The notes below the pieces were generated by a model. It was not told where the DNA came from, ran no database searches, and worked only from the letters and a program-made list of their open reading frames with translations. DNA of 64,000 nt from Octopus sinensis (Eukaryota): NCBI RefSeq assembly GCF_006345805.1, contig NC_043006.1, positions 18,290,001 through 18,354,000 on the forward strand, read 5' to 3'. A program made the translations under genes and the position numbers. Every line of letters begins with the position of its first letter. The first letter of the stretch is position 1. Below are positions 37,910 to 52,399 of this stretch, piece after piece.

Positions 37910-38460
37910 CATAATATATATATATACATATATATATATATAATATATATATATAAACTGCTTCGCCACCTAGTCATGTCTGTACCTAAGAGGCCATGGA
38001 GAGAGACTGAAGCCAAAACCGATGTGCTTGGGAATTGAACTTCTTAAATACACAACCGGCATGTGAATGCACATATAAAGCATATCCATAATGTCATAGT
38101 GGGCTTTCAAAACTATTTATTGATTTAACTTGCAACGCTGCACATTTCATATGCATTTTGAATAAGAGACCAACTAAAAAGAGTTTGCATAGAGTTTAGT
38201 GCAGTTCAATGTGGCTTCCATGTGTTGCCCTACACACATTTAATCAATACCCCAGTTAGATGAGTATGACTTTATAGATACGCTATATGTATGTATGCAT
38301 ATTTGTGTATCTGTAAATGCATGTGTGTGCATGTTTGTGTGTCTGTAAATACATGTGTGTGTGTGTGTGTGTTATATATTATATATATATATATATAATA
38401 TATAATATATATATACACTAGGGTTAATCGAGGGGTAGAAGCTGGCGATATCAAGCGGCG

Positions 38461-38518
<58 letters not shown>

Positions 38519-38527
38519 TATATGTAC

Positions 38528-38558
<31 letters not shown>

Positions 38559-38610
38559 ATATATATAATATAAATATATATATAATATTATATATTATAT
38601 ATATATATAT
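37520..38610. repeat. Long interrupted (AT)n-rich tracts
   Basis: Direct reading; many shorter (AT)n and (CA)n tracts occur across the window. Confidence 0.9.
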
Positions 38611-38746
38611 ATAAATATTTAGCTAAATATATCACTACTCTAATGTTTTAGATTGTGCTTCTTTCACGGATATATGAATTACTGATGATTTATATATGTG
38701 TGTGTATACATATCTATATCTGTATGTCTGTATACCTATATCTATA

Positions 38747-38787
<41 letters not shown>

Positions 38788-39010
38788 CTCATATATGCAC
38801 TGATCACATTGTGTTCTTGGAATACAGAATAGTTGGTGCATAACTGGTCATAGAGGTTATGGATATCCAAAGATCAGTGTAGGTGAATACATTCCAAATT
38901 ATTACACTTTGTGCATTAACGATTTTAGTGTTAAGATATAAAAACAACTTATTGCAGCCCCAGTGACATGTCATTACGATCGCAATAGTGCTATTCTTTT
39001 TTTCTTCCAG

Positions 39011-39134
39011 ATAAATGAAGCCATTCATGAATTTATACGGGCTATGACATTGACAAGAGTGATATTCGGTTCCATGCACTGGCAGCTGGCTGCCAGTTAT
39101 GTTTCATTAGCTGAAGCCTACCTTCTAGGAAAAG
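39011..39134 (+). CDS. TTC23: TTC23-like exon (INEAIHEFIRAMTLTRVIFGSMHWQLAASYVSLAEAYLLGK)
   Basis: Polypyrimidine ttttcttccag acceptor, GTATAT donor at 39135 (phase 1). Strongly resembles recalled human TTC23 [39 protein letters not shown]. Confidence 0.9.
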
Positions 39135-39470
39135 GTATATATTTTACCTCTAAGCTACCCTTTCATAATATTTGTTTATGATGCTTTTGTTGTTTAGTTC
39201 TAAGTCACCTATCACTGATCTGGTATAGGAATAAAAATATTCTCTTTACTCTTTTTACTCTTTTACTTGTTTCAGTCATTTGACTGCAGCCATGCTGGAG
39301 CACCACCTTTAATCGAGCAACTCGATCCCGGGACTTATTCTTTGTAAACCCAGTATTTATTCTATCGGTCTCTTTTGCCGAACCGCTAAGTGACGGGGAC
39401 ATAAACGCACCAGCATCGGTTGTCAAGCAATGCTAGGGGGACAAACACAGACACACAAACATACACACAC

Positions 39471-39501
<31 letters not shown>

Positions 39502-41199
39502 CATATATACGACGGGCTTCTTTCAGTTTCCGTCTACCAAATCCACTCACAAGGCTTTGGTCGGCCCGAGGCTATAGTAGAAGACACTTGCCCAAGGTGC
39601 CATGCAGTGGGACTGAACCCGGAACCATGTGGTTGGTAAGCATGCTACTTACCACACAGCCACTCCTGTATTCTAGTTACGAGCATCACATGTTTTGTCT
39701 TTCTGTTAGAGTTTATCTAAGAGTGCATGAAGGAGGGTATTGTTTGAGGGAGATTTAGCTGCTCCTTCTACCTAGTTGTCTGGCCATGTAATGGAATTCG
39801 TGTACAGCGTGGATTCATAGCACAGACACACACACACACACATGCATATACATATATATATGTACACAAAAACACAAACATTTATACTCATACATAATCT
39901 AAGAGAGGATGGAACACAGAAGTGAAATGATAATATCGATGATGATGATGAGGATATAGAATATATGTGCTTCTACAAGAACACAGACTTCTTAAAGTTT
40001 CATTCTTCATTTACTGTAATATTTATCCACTATAATATCTAATATAATATTTAATAACATGAAGGTTCCGGTCAATATATTGTTTAATATACATGCAATA
40101 TATATATCTCTCTCTATATAAACGGCAGTTTGTCTGTGCGTTTTCTGTGTGTCTGTTTTCTCGTACCCTCACTCTGACCACGGCTTTCAACGATTCTGAT
40201 GAAACTTGACACACACATAGCCCAATGTCATAATTCAAAACTAACGCAGAGCGAAAATTTTGAAAAGTTCCCCCAGTTTGAAAAAAATCGATAAATTCGA
40301 CATGGGGTCGAGAATCAGAAACCCAAACCACAGACCGTCTAGGGGACGCAACTCCACCTTTTTAACTCTCAAAAAAATTTACCATCATTTTTTTCCCATT
40401 TTTTTGCTATTTTTGGCTATAACTCTAAAAATGCTTTATAGTTTTTCCCTTACAAACCTGAGCACGCCGGGCGATACTGCTAGTATAATATAATTTTGAA
40501 ATCATTTAATATGTATAAAATTTATCTAAAAGTATTTCCTGCTATTTTATTGAATGATTTTAAAATTATATTAAATAATATATATTGATTGCATGATTAC
40601 ATATTTGTTTTTAATTTAAATAAATTTTTGAGATCTTAAATGTCTGTTGTTCAAAGCATAAAAATCCAAAGAATTTTTTAAAAATGCATAAAAAATAAAT
40701 ATATTAGAGGAGGTTTTGTAAAAACCCATGCTCAGGTAATAAATGTTATTCTTCTGTGACAGTACAGCCATTTAACATCTTTGTCAATGTTGTAACTATG
40801 GTTGATATATTTGTTTTGCAACCACATGGCTTTGGGTGCATTCCTGCTGTGTGGTACCTACAATAGCCTCAGGTCAACCTCTGCCTTATGAGTGAATTTG
40901 GTAAATGGAAACTATAGAAACCCATTGTAGTATATAGTGTAAACATGTTACTCTTTTACTCTTTTACTTGTTTCAGTCATTTGACTGCGGCCATGCTGGA
41001 GCACCGGCTTTAATCGATCTAATCGACCCCGGGACTTATTCTTTTGTAAGCCCAGTACTTATTCTATCGGTCTCTTTTGCCGAACCGCTAAGTAACGGGG
41101 GCCATAAATACACCAGCATCGGCTGTCAAGCAATGCTAGGGGGACAAACACAGACACACAAACACACACACGCATATATATATATATACATACAACAAA

Positions 41200-42612
41200 C
41201 ACCATCCGATCGTGGCCGTTCGCCAGCCTCATCTGGCACCTGTGCCGGTGGCACATAAAGACACCATCCGAAGACCCGGCGACGTAGTCAGTCCACCTGT
41301 GCATACCTTCCCTCTTATGACACTTGTGAAGACCTGTTGAGGCAAGTGTGTGACACTTGTGAAGACCTGTTGAGGCAAGTGAAAATCAAACCAAATCAAA
41401 ATAGATGAATATCAATGGAATTTGTATCTTTGTGGTTCCAGTACCGGTGGCACACAAGAAAACCATCCGAAGTGGCCGTAGCTGGTACCGCATCGACTGG
41501 CCTCCGTGCTGTGGGCACAACAAACACCATCTGATCGTGGCCGTTCGCCAGCCTCACCTGGCACCTGTGTCGGTGGCACATAAAAACACCATCCAAAGAC
41601 CCGGCGACGTAGTCAGTCCACCTGTGCATACCTTCCCTCTTATGACACTTGTGAAGACCTGTTGAGGCAGAGGCAAGTGTGTGACACTTTGTGAAGACCT
41701 GTTGAGGCAGAGGCAAGTGTGTGACACTTGTGGAGACCTGTTGAGGCAAGTGTGTGACACGCGTGACACTTGTGAAGACCTGTTGAGGCAAGTGAAAATC
41801 AAACCAAATCAAAATAGATGAACATCAATGGAATTTGTATCTTTGTGGTTCCAGTACCGGTGGCACACAAGAAAACCATCCGATCGTGGCCGTTCGCAGC
41901 CACATCTGGCACCTGTGTCGGTGGCACATAAAGACACCATCCGAAGACCCGGCGACGTAGACAGTCCACCTGTGCACCTCCTTCTTCTTGTGACACTTGT
42001 GAAGACCTGTTGAGGCAAGTGAAAATCAAATCAAATCAAAACAAATCAAAATAGATGAGCATAAATGGAATTTGTATCTTTGTGGTACCAGTGCCGGTGG
42101 CACACAAGAAAATCATCCGAACGTGGCCGTAGCCAGTACCGCATAGACTGGCCTCCGTGCTTTGGACGTAACAAACACCATCCGATCGTGGCCGTCCGCC
42201 AGCCTCATCTGGCACCTGTGTCGGTGGCACATAAAAACACCATCCGAGCGTGGCCGTCTGCCAGCCTCGTCTGGCACCTGCCAGCCTCATCTGGCACCTG
42301 TGTCGGTGGCACATAAAAACACCATCCGAGCGTGGCCGTCTGCCAGCCTCGTCTGCACCTGTGTCGGTGGCACATAAACACACCATCCGAGCGTGGCCGT
42401 TCGCCAGCCTCGTCTGGCACCTGTGTCGGTGGCACATAAAATCACCCACTACACTCTCGGAGTGGTTGGCGTTAGGAAGGGCATCCAGCTGTAGAAACAC
42501 TGCCAGATCTGACTGGCCTGGTGCAGCCTTCGGGCTCCCCAGACCCCAGTTGAACCGTCCAACCATGCTAGCATGGAAAACGGACGCTAAATGATGATGA
42601 TGATGATGATGA
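41200..42612 (-). mobile_element. RTE LINE 3'-UTR derivatives with internal minisatellite and tandem duplications
   Basis: gaagacctgttgaggcaagtgaaaatc is also found downstream of the RTE C-terminal coding remnant at 58000-58400; (GAT)n tail; repeated units containing aaaacaccatccga..gtggcac. Confidence 0.65.
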
Positions 42613-43520
42613 TATTATACGACGGGCTTCTTTCAGTTTCTGTCAACCAAATCCACTCACAAGGCTTGGTCGGCCCGAGGCTATAGTAGAAGACACTTGC
42701 CCAAGGTGCCACGCAGTGGGACTGAACCCGGAACCATGTGGTTGGTAAACAAGCTACTTACCACACAGCCACTCCTGCGCCTATGTTGTGTAAATATTCA
42801 AACACCATCACTGTCATTTGAAATCCTGCTGCATTTCACAAAGAATTTTTGGTCTTCTAAAATTGTCTTGGTGTATAAGTTGATCTACTGTTTTTGGCTA
42901 TTAATTTTAATCTGAAAATTTTGACTTGTGTGCTGGAAAATATGGTAATTGCAATAGTCCGGGAGAACCTCTAATGGTCATACCAATGCTGTTTCTACCC
43001 TGATTTGGGAAGCACTCCGTCGGTTACGGTGATGAGGGTTCCGGTTGATCCGAATCAACGGAACAGCCTGCTCGTGAAATTAACGTGTAAGTGGCTGAGC
43101 ACTCCACAGACACGTGTACCCTTAACGCAGTTCTCGGGGATATTCAGCGTGACACAGAGAGTGACAAGGCCGGCCCTTTGAAATACAGGTACAACAGAAA
43201 CAGGAAGTAAGAGTGAGAGAAAGTTGTGGTGAAAGAGTACAGCAGGGATCACCACCATCCCTGCCAGAGCCTCGTGGAGCTTTAGGTGTTTTCGCTCAAT
43301 AAACACTCACAACGCCCGGTCTGGGAATCGAAACCGTGATCCTATGACCACGAGTCCGCTGCCCTAACCACTGGGCCATTGCACCTCCACTACCCTGATT
43401 TACTTATACATGTAAAACAGAAAAAGAAAAGTGAGAGAGAATAGCAGAGAGCATATTATATCAAAGTTTTTTCCTTCCAGAAACTGCTTTTACTTCCAAA
43501 GATTATTTCTTTGTGTCTAG

Positions 43521-43680
43521 GTTTCACTGCCCAGGCAGAATACCATTCTGAGAGAGCGAAATCTTTGATGCTTGATTCCAATATCCACATTGCTACTAAT
43601 AATACAGGCAAGTTGTCCATGTACAACATGCTTGTTAATTTACACCACATATTGGCTGTAACAAAATGCTCAGGGAAAAG
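43521..43680 (+). CDS. TTC23: TTC23-like exon (GFTAQAEYHSERAKSLMLDSNIHIATNNTGKLSMYNMLVNLHHILAVTKCSGK)
   Basis: tctag acceptor in the matching phase; resembles recalled TTC23 GLSLQAKQHAEKARQIL; ends at the U12 donor ATATCCTTT (43681). Confidence 0.88.
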
Positions 43681-45015
43681 ATATCCTTTTTAATAGGTAC
43701 CTATTTTTAAAAAACTTTTTGTTTGTATATTGTCAATGTTTCTCGGTGGTGAGCTGGCAGAAACACCAGTTTGCTGAACGAAATGCTTCACGGTATTTTC
43801 GTCTGTCTTTACATTCTGAGTTCAATTTCTGCCAAGGACAAATTTGCCTTTCATCCTTTTGAGGTTGATAAATTAAGTACCAGTTGCATACTGGGGTCAG
43901 TCTAATTGACTGGCCCCTCTCCCAATATTTTGCGTTTTGTGCCTAGAGTAGAAAAGAATATTTCTCTGAACAAAATATTTATTTACACTAGCTTTATAAT
44001 ATACTATATATATTTCTTTACTACCCACAAGGGGCTAAACACAGAGGGGATAAACAAGTACAGACAAACGGATTAAGTCGATTACATCGACTCCAGTGCG
44101 TAACTAGTACTTAATTTATCGACCCCGAAAGGATGAAAAGCAAAGTCGACCTCGGCGGAATTTGAACTCAGAATGTAACAGCAGACGAAATACGGCTACA
44201 CATTTCGCCCGGTGTGCTAACGTTTCTGCCAGCTCGCCGCCTTTATAATAATATACTATATATACAATATATATTAACACATACAAGACCTGTAATGGAA
44301 TGGTCAAGGAAATGAAGTTCACTACCTGACTGGTATGTATTTTTATTTAGCTGGAAAGGATGAAATGCAAGGGCTGAATGTGGCTGCCAGAACAAGGAGT
44401 GAAACACACTGAATCTGCTAATCTATAACATTCTGTAGTAGTATATATTGAAATGAATTAAACATTGGTGAACTATATTGCTGCCATTGTACCCTCTCCC
44501 TCTGTGTCTCTTTCCTTCTCTTTTTTTTTCCTCTCTCTCTGTGTATATGAGTGTATGTGTGTGTTTGTTCATTTGTGTATATATATATATATATATATAA
44601 CTTATAAATAAGGGCAAACAAAAATATTTCTAACGCCAAATATGCCGAAATTGGACATACGCATGCTACTCGAAAAAAAGGTCGACAGAAATTTCTAAAA
44701 AATTCCATTATTACCATATTGGAATGATTTCAGGATTAGTTCATAAGAACCCTCCCTTCGTCAGTGATAAATGTGGTAAAGAAATAAATGAGATACTTAC
44801 TCATACCCATGGAAGAAGCAAAATACTAAGTCATGAGCACAATTAAGTACCCCAAATACATCCAAAATAGAAATACTCCAGCCCATTCAAGACACGTGGG
44901 ATTTGAACTGAGGCTTTCACAGAGTGAGAGAATCCGGAAGTGAACACTATTAAATTTATATTTAATGTAGGATAAATTTTTTTTTCCATATTTTGCTTTC
45001 TCTCATTTTGCATAT

Positions 45016-45048
<33 letters not shown>

Positions 45049-47489
45049 CGTCTTCAAGTATTTCGGTTTTTCTGGGAGTCCCTTTTTAAAGTAGAAGAAA
45101 TAGCTAAGGTTTTTTGGCCGCTATTTCTAAACTTCGGTATGTGGTAAAGCAAATCTTTGCTGAACCCTAATTATAAAGTATTACTTAAGTTTATCATGAA
45201 ACGGTCTTTTTTCATGCCGAATTCTACTTGGTGAAATTATTGATTACTTCTTAATTAATTAATTTTACCCTTTGTTATTATTTATATATATATACATATT
45301 TTGTGTTTCAACTGTTATATTTAATATACCTAATTTGTTTATCTGCATAATTACCTCCATATCTGCTCAACTTGATCCCTCTTATAGCCATTTTTTACTC
45401 TGTGGAATTGAACCCCTGTAAAGACATTGGAGTCTAATTTTGAATCATCTGAGAATTACTGTCTTCTATACTGAGAATCTCTGGGTTTCATCTGTAAACT
45501 ATATGTATGTGTGTGTATGTGTATATATATTGGTACTATTATGATGATGTGATTGAAGTCTGAGCCTGATTGCACCATTTTTCTTTCTGGTTTTACAGTG
45601 TAAGCACAGGCACTCCACTAGCAATGTGCACCAAAGAAGAGCAATGCAAAAGGATCTGAGAGATGGTGATGGTGAACCAGTTCACCATTACCATCTCTCG
45701 AGCTTGCTGAATCTTCTTGTCAGTGGTGGAGGTTGACAGGCATCCTGCTCCCTCCTTGAGTGTCACAATTGTCTGTCCACTTTTTAACTTCTCAATCTAC
45801 TCATAGACACTTCTACACGGTAGTGCACTGACCCCATATTATGCTAAAAGCCTCCTATGAATTTTACCACCTGACATACCTTTCGACCAGAGAAATTGGA
45901 TCACTGCTCTTTGCTCTTCTTTGGTGCACATTGCTTAGACTGTAAAGCCAGAGAGAAAAATGGTGCGATCAGGCTCACACTTCAATCACATGACCACAAT
46001 AGTACCAACTATAAGCACACATGTGCAGAAGACAGTGTGACAATAATAAAGATATGTAAAAAGGCGGCGAGCTGGCAGAAACATTAGCATGACTTCCCCT
46101 CATATATATATATATCAGTGCAGGGATGGGTGTATGTTTAAGTAGTTTGCTATTCAATTGTGTAGTTTTGCATTCGGTCTCACTGTGTATACATTTCGTG
46201 TATATATCATCTTCACCTAAAATGTCTAGTAAGGCCATTATCTATTCTTTTCACCACTTCTTGTGATTTTGCTGGATTCGAACCTGTTAGATGGAGTGTT
46301 GTGTCACTCTACATAGCAGGTGAATATGTTCATTTATTTGACATTTATCAAGTGGACTCTTCCTTTGTCAAGTTTATTGGCTTGTGCCAGATGTATGTAT
46401 AAATTACTCATTTTAAAGAGTATTAATATTTTTCCTCTAATATACTTGTAATTAAGTAAAAGCCAAAGTTCACGGTTCATGGTTAGAACTGACAGTTTAC
46501 CACTTTATTGGCACAAGCATACTTACATACTTAGTTACTTGCATACATACTTATATACATACACATTCACTGTTTACTACAATAATTTGGTTCGCTAGAC
46601 TACTATAAATTTACTTGAAGTTTGATATAGGTAAGGTTGCTCGTTTTGGCTGTCTTCCATCTCCAATCTCCATACAATTCCTATGCTATACAATCCTCTA
46701 TACAATAAAGAAAAATTTAAGTAGTGCTTAAATGCAAACTGCTTATTGAAGTATAACTTTAAAACTATTAAATTATTAGCAAATGCCATCTTTGTGAGTA
46801 TTCAAAAGAAGTGGTCATTTATCTGAGGTGACCAGCTGTACTTTAAGATAAGTTTATGTTTGTTAGTTTTGTTATGGAGACTACTGATTTTTTGATTGCT
46901 GCTAGGCACACCGTATTTTGTTTCTAATCCATAATCATCATCATCATCATCATTTAACGTCCGTTTTCCATGCTAGCATGGGTTGGACGATTTTGACTGA
47001 GGGCTGGCGAACCAGATGGCTTCACCAGGCTCCAATCTTGATCTGGAAGAGTTTCTACAGCTGGATGCCCTTCCTAACGCCAACTACTCCGAGAGTGTAG
47101 TGGGAGCTTTTTACGTGCCACCGGCTCGGGGGCCAGTCAGGTGGTACTGGCAATGACCTTGCTTGAATCATTTTACACGTGCCAGTGAAGCGATGTTGGT
47201 AATGATCACGCTCGAATGGTGCCCTTTTATGTGCCACGGGTATGGAAGCCAGTTGGCTGCTCTGGCAACAATCATGCTCAGATGTTTCTCTTGGCAAGAA
47301 ATACTACAAAATAGTATTAAAGGTTTATAACTCAATACTGTCACCTACTTTGTGTTAGCAATATGTTGTTTTCTTTTTTTGAAGTGTATCTCTACATATA
47401 TTCTGTAGAATTTAGAGCCAACACTGAAAATTATGACATTTTATATATGTGGCTTTGTGGTAAGTAGCTTGATTACAAACCACATGGTT

Positions 47490-48550
47490 CCAGGGGCATC
47501 CTGTCTTGAATTCCTCCGTTATTGCCTGGAGGACTATGATAAATAGGAGGGGACTGAGGACTGAACCTTGGTGGACCCCAACCTCTACCCGGAATTCTTC
47601 ACTGTACTCGTTGCCAACCCTCACCTTACTAGCAGCGTCACTGTACATGGCTCGCACAGCTCTCACTAACCATTCATCTATCCCTAGTTTCCTCATTGAC
47701 CACCAGATAAGGGATCAGGGGACCCTGTCGAAGGCTTTCTCCATATCAACAAAATCCAGGTGCAGGGGCTTGTCTTTGGCTAGGTATTTCTCCTGCAGCT
47801 GTCTTACCAGGAATATAGCATCAGTAGTACTTTTCCCTGGCACGAACCCAAACTGCATCTCATCTAAGCTAACTCTCTCTCTAATTAATTGGGCTATAAC
47901 CCTCTCCATGACCTTCATTACCTGATCCAGCAGCTTGATACCCCTGTAGTTATTTGTATCTAGAGCGTCACCTTTACCTTTGTAGCAGTTGACTATTATG
48001 CTGCTTCACCAGTCATTGGGTATGACTCCTTTGTGTATCACCTGGTTAACTATATGGGTGACTAGGCTATAGCCAACACTGCCAGATATTTTGAGCATCT
48101 CTGCAGTGATTCCTGATGGGCCGGGGGCTTTCCCTGTTTTCATGCTTGTAATTGCCTTAACTACTAAGGAACTGTCAACTCGGATTGCTGGTCCCTCTGT
48201 TGGGTTGACATTTGGCAGACTCTCTTTATCCCATTCATTTTCCTCATTCAGCAACCTTTCATAGTGGCATCTCCAAACCTCTCTCTTTGCATCCTCATTT
48301 AGCGCAAGTGAGCCGTCATGCTTGCGAACACATTTCTCTCCTACCACGTCACGATTCTCTCTCACACACTGTCTTGCAATACGAAATTCCTCAAGTCTTT
48401 CATCCTCATGGCGCAGAACATTGGCAAATTTTTTCTTATCTGCTTCCCCTCTGGCTAAATACACCTGCCTCCTAGCTTCCCTTCAGGCAGTCTGATACAC
48501 TTCCCTGTACCACCGTTCTTCCAGTCCTTCCAAGCCTGTTTCTTTTGTCT
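47490..48550 (-). mobile_element. RTE-clade LINE reverse transcriptase fragment
   Basis: QFGFVPGKSTTDAIFLVRQLQEKY..DMEKAFDRVP; GVHQGSVLSPLLFIIV; in-frame stops. Confidence 0.9.
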
Positions 48551-48599
48551 AGTGGAGAATAAACTGTCATCTACATTATGCAAAAATGAAAGTAACACT

Positions 48600-49434
48600 G
48601 ACATCTCATTTTAACAGATATATTTACCAAAATTACATAAAAATATCTTGAAATACTAAAGTATAAATTTATTCAATAAAATCACCATCAGCTTCAATCA
48701 CAACCTCCAGATAACTTCAGAATTTCCTGCAACTCTTCTGGATGGTCTTCTTGTTTCAGTTGCTGAATGCTGTTATAATCCTTGCCTTCAGTTCATCTTT
48801 GGTGTTACAAGGAGTTTTGCTGGCCTCTTGCTCAACTTTGTCCCACATATAATAATCAAGGGGGTTGCAGTCTGGGGAGTTAGGTGGCCAGATGTTAGTG
48901 ATGATGTGGTCGCAGAAATTGTCTGACAGTCATGACTGGGTTCTCCTGCTTGTGTGGCATGATGCAGAGTCCTGTTGCCAGACATAGGGTCTTCCAGAAG
49001 CCACCTTCTTGACCCAGGGCTGCACTACCTACTACAGACACTTGATGTAGGCCTCAGTGTTGTGTGTGAGGCTATGTGGGAAGATGAACAGAGGCATAAT
49101 GTTGCCATCTCTAGTGATCACTCCAAACACCATGATGTTGACTGGATGTTTGATTTTTATCATTCTCGGTACATGTCCTCAGATTGCACTGTTCTCAGAC
49201 TGACACCCAAATACTCCAAAATGTTCATATTGGAGCTTCCGGTATGAGTGCCAAACAGTACAGAATGTCATTTTCAAATTTCTGGTAGAGAGAATTGCAT
49301 CGTGGTGCTGTTTTTCTTACAGATGATGCCCAACTGACCCTACTATACTGTGTAGTTGACAAAGTCAAAAACAAACAATGTGCATGCGCAAAATAAAAAT
49401 TATAAAATGGCAACAATTTACCCATCACATCCTG

Positions 49435-49436
<2 letters not shown>
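48600..49436 (-). mobile_element. Tc1/mariner (maT-like) transposon remnant
   Basis: WPPNSPDCNPLDYYMWDKVE...NTKDELKARI...VIEADGDFIE on the minus strand; TACAG.. terminus at 49436. Confidence 0.7.
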
Positions 49437-49470
<34 letters not shown>

Positions 49471-50998
49471 ATATGTGTGTGTGTGGAGGTGCAATGTCCC
49501 AGTGGTTAGGGCAGCGGACTCGCGGTTGTAGGATCGCCGTTTCGACTCCCAGACCAGGCATTGTGAGTGTTTATTGAGTGAAAACACCTAAAGCTCCACA
49601 AGGCTCCAGCAGAGGGTGGTGGCAATCCCTGCTGTACTCTTTCGCCACAACTTTCTCTCACTCTTTCTTCTGTTGGCCTTCTCACTTAGCCAGTGGGGTG
49701 GCGTCATTTGAAGGCTAAAACAATGCGAAGCGCATTGTGACCAGCGATATGTAGCAACATCTGATAGCCTGGTCGCTCATGGTGATCACGGTGATATATA
49801 TATATATAAGAATTTGTGTGTGTGTGCTTATGTTCCTTATGCATTCCAAAACCGAGTGCCCATTTTTGATGTATGGGTATCAAAAAATTCAGTAAGCTTT
49901 TGGCTACTAACTAAACTATGTTTTCATTCACTTATTTGCATTTACAAAAATTTAAGATTATCATTTTTCTTTTAGTCATCTATTGTAAATGACATCTTTT
50001 ATCACCACCACCACCACGATGACATCACATTTTCTATATGTGTTCGTGCATTTGTTACGTATCTTAGGCCGATGACTGATAAGTATATGTGTGTGATGGT
50101 GTTTACATCTGTCAGTATACATGCATTTTTGTGACAACTGACACACACACACATCTAAAGACAGGCAGATACAGAAAAGGACAGAGATAGGCTTGAGGTG
50201 GGTATTAACCCTTTAGCATTTAAACCGGCCATATCCGGCCAAAAGTATTCTGCCTGTTTTATGTTCAAACTGGCCAGATCTGGTCTCTCACACCAACCCT
50301 ACAATATCGTTTTAAAAATTAACAGCTACCTCATCAAAATCTCATAGCTACAAGATAATGCTGGATTAGTTCAAAACAATGTGGATAAAAAAAGCATTAA
50401 TTTTGGTAGAATAATACAAACACTAAAGGGTTAATGTATGTCTGTGTGTGTGTGTCTTAGACTATGTACGTGACTTCCACCCACACTGACCTACCCAACA
50501 GTGAAACATGCTGATATGGAAAGTTGCAATGACTAGACTTCATTTGAAAGTGAAAATAGTTTCATACTTTCGACTTCAACCAAAATTACAGTGTTCGATT
50601 ACCAGACTGATGATGTATGAATAATGAAAGTAATGTTTCTCCGAATTAGTCACCTCTGTATTTTAATAAAGAAAGTTGTTTAGGTGATCTTTCATTTTGA
50701 CTTGCAGAGCTGTCATCTGCGTTCGTTAATTTCTGTAAAAAATATTTTTGTTTATTTAATTTTGTTTTAAAGTCAAAGAGAGGAGAAAGTGCATGATGTA
50801 TATATGTTTATATGAAATGGATATGTGTGTGAGAGAGAGAGAGAGAGAGAGTAACTGAAGGGGTGTATTGTCATGTATACATACATACATACATCAGTAC
50901 ATATGCATACAACTTTTTTGTATGTACATGTGCGTGTGTGTGTGAGAAAGTGAGAGAATGAGTGAACATGTGTGATCTCATGTATGCGTAAGTGGCAC

Positions 50999-51047
<49 letters not shown>

Positions 51048-52399
51048 CACACGTCCATTTCATATACATGTTCATACATTTTTCACTTTCTCCTCTCTTT
51101 AACATTAAAGCAAAAGTAAATGAATAAAAATTTTTTACTGATATTAACAAGAAAAACAGCTGACCCGGATTACAATTCATTTACAACTTCCAGAGTTATA
51201 ATGAAACATAGCTGCTGCAGATTATCTGTCTGCCAAATAAACTATGTTTTTCACTCAACAACTCTTTTTTATAACTAAAATAACCTTGGCAACTATGTTG
51301 GGTTGCACAATTTTGAAGTCATTTTTGGAGATTATTTCAATTTGCTTCTAATGTTTCACTTTCAATGTTTCATGCACACATAGAATTCTACTTAGACAAA
51401 CATTTATGAAAATGTACACATAAATATTGTATAAATATTGTATTAAAATGGGCCACAACCCAAAAAATTGTACTAAATGACATCCATTTCTCTATATGTT
51501 ATGAGGAAATGTGTGAAGGCACATGGCTCAGTGGTTAGAGTGTCAAGCTTATGATTGTGAGGCTGTGAGTTCGAATCCCAGACCGGGCTGCATGTTGTGT
51601 TCTTGAGCAAGATACTTTATTTCACATTGCTTCAGTTCACTCAGCTGTAGAAATGAGTTGCGACGTCACATGTGCCATGCTGTATTGGCCTTTATCTTTC
51701 CCTTGGATAACACTGGTGGCGTGGATAAGGGAGGCTGGTATGCATGGGCGACTGCTGGTCTTCCATAAACATTATTGCCTGGACTTGTGCCAGGAGGGTA
51801 TCTTTCTAGGTGCAATCCCATGGTCAGTCTTGACTGAAGGGGGTCTCAGCATGAGGAAATACAGTCACTCACTATCTCTCTCTCTCTCTCTCTCTCATGC
51901 ATAAAAATGATGAATGCATATGTATTTATGGGCGAAGGTAAAGAATATGCACACCTGGTGTTTAGGGTTTAGGGTTATGCTGAAAGTGGGTGGTGTATGT
52001 ATTCTTTACCTCCACCTATTTATGTACGTGTGTATGAAAGATAATGTGTGTGTGTGTGAAAGAGAGAGAGAGAGAGAGCAAGTGAGTAACACACCTACAT
52101 GCAAAAAAATTCATTCATCTCAACATACTCTTCACTCGTTCACTCTCTCTCACACACGTCCATTTCATATACACATACATCTTTCACTTTCTCCTCTCAC
52201 TTCAAAGCAAATGCCACTTCAAAGCATAAAGAAATTAATGAACAATTATATGATCCCATATCTGCTGAGTTGATAACTTTGCTTCTTCAAATGAAAGAAT
52301 GCAATAAAATAACTTCCTTTGACACACACACACATGCACACACATACACACACACACACACACTCTAGGTAAAACTTCTGTGTGAATTATGTTATTTCT

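Noticed and set aside
41200-42460. CRISPR-like repeat array
   Set aside because: Eukaryotic context, no unique spacers; these are RTE-derived minisatellites.
50600-50640. CTGATGA...GAAAG
   Set aside because: No stem II or stem I complementarity.
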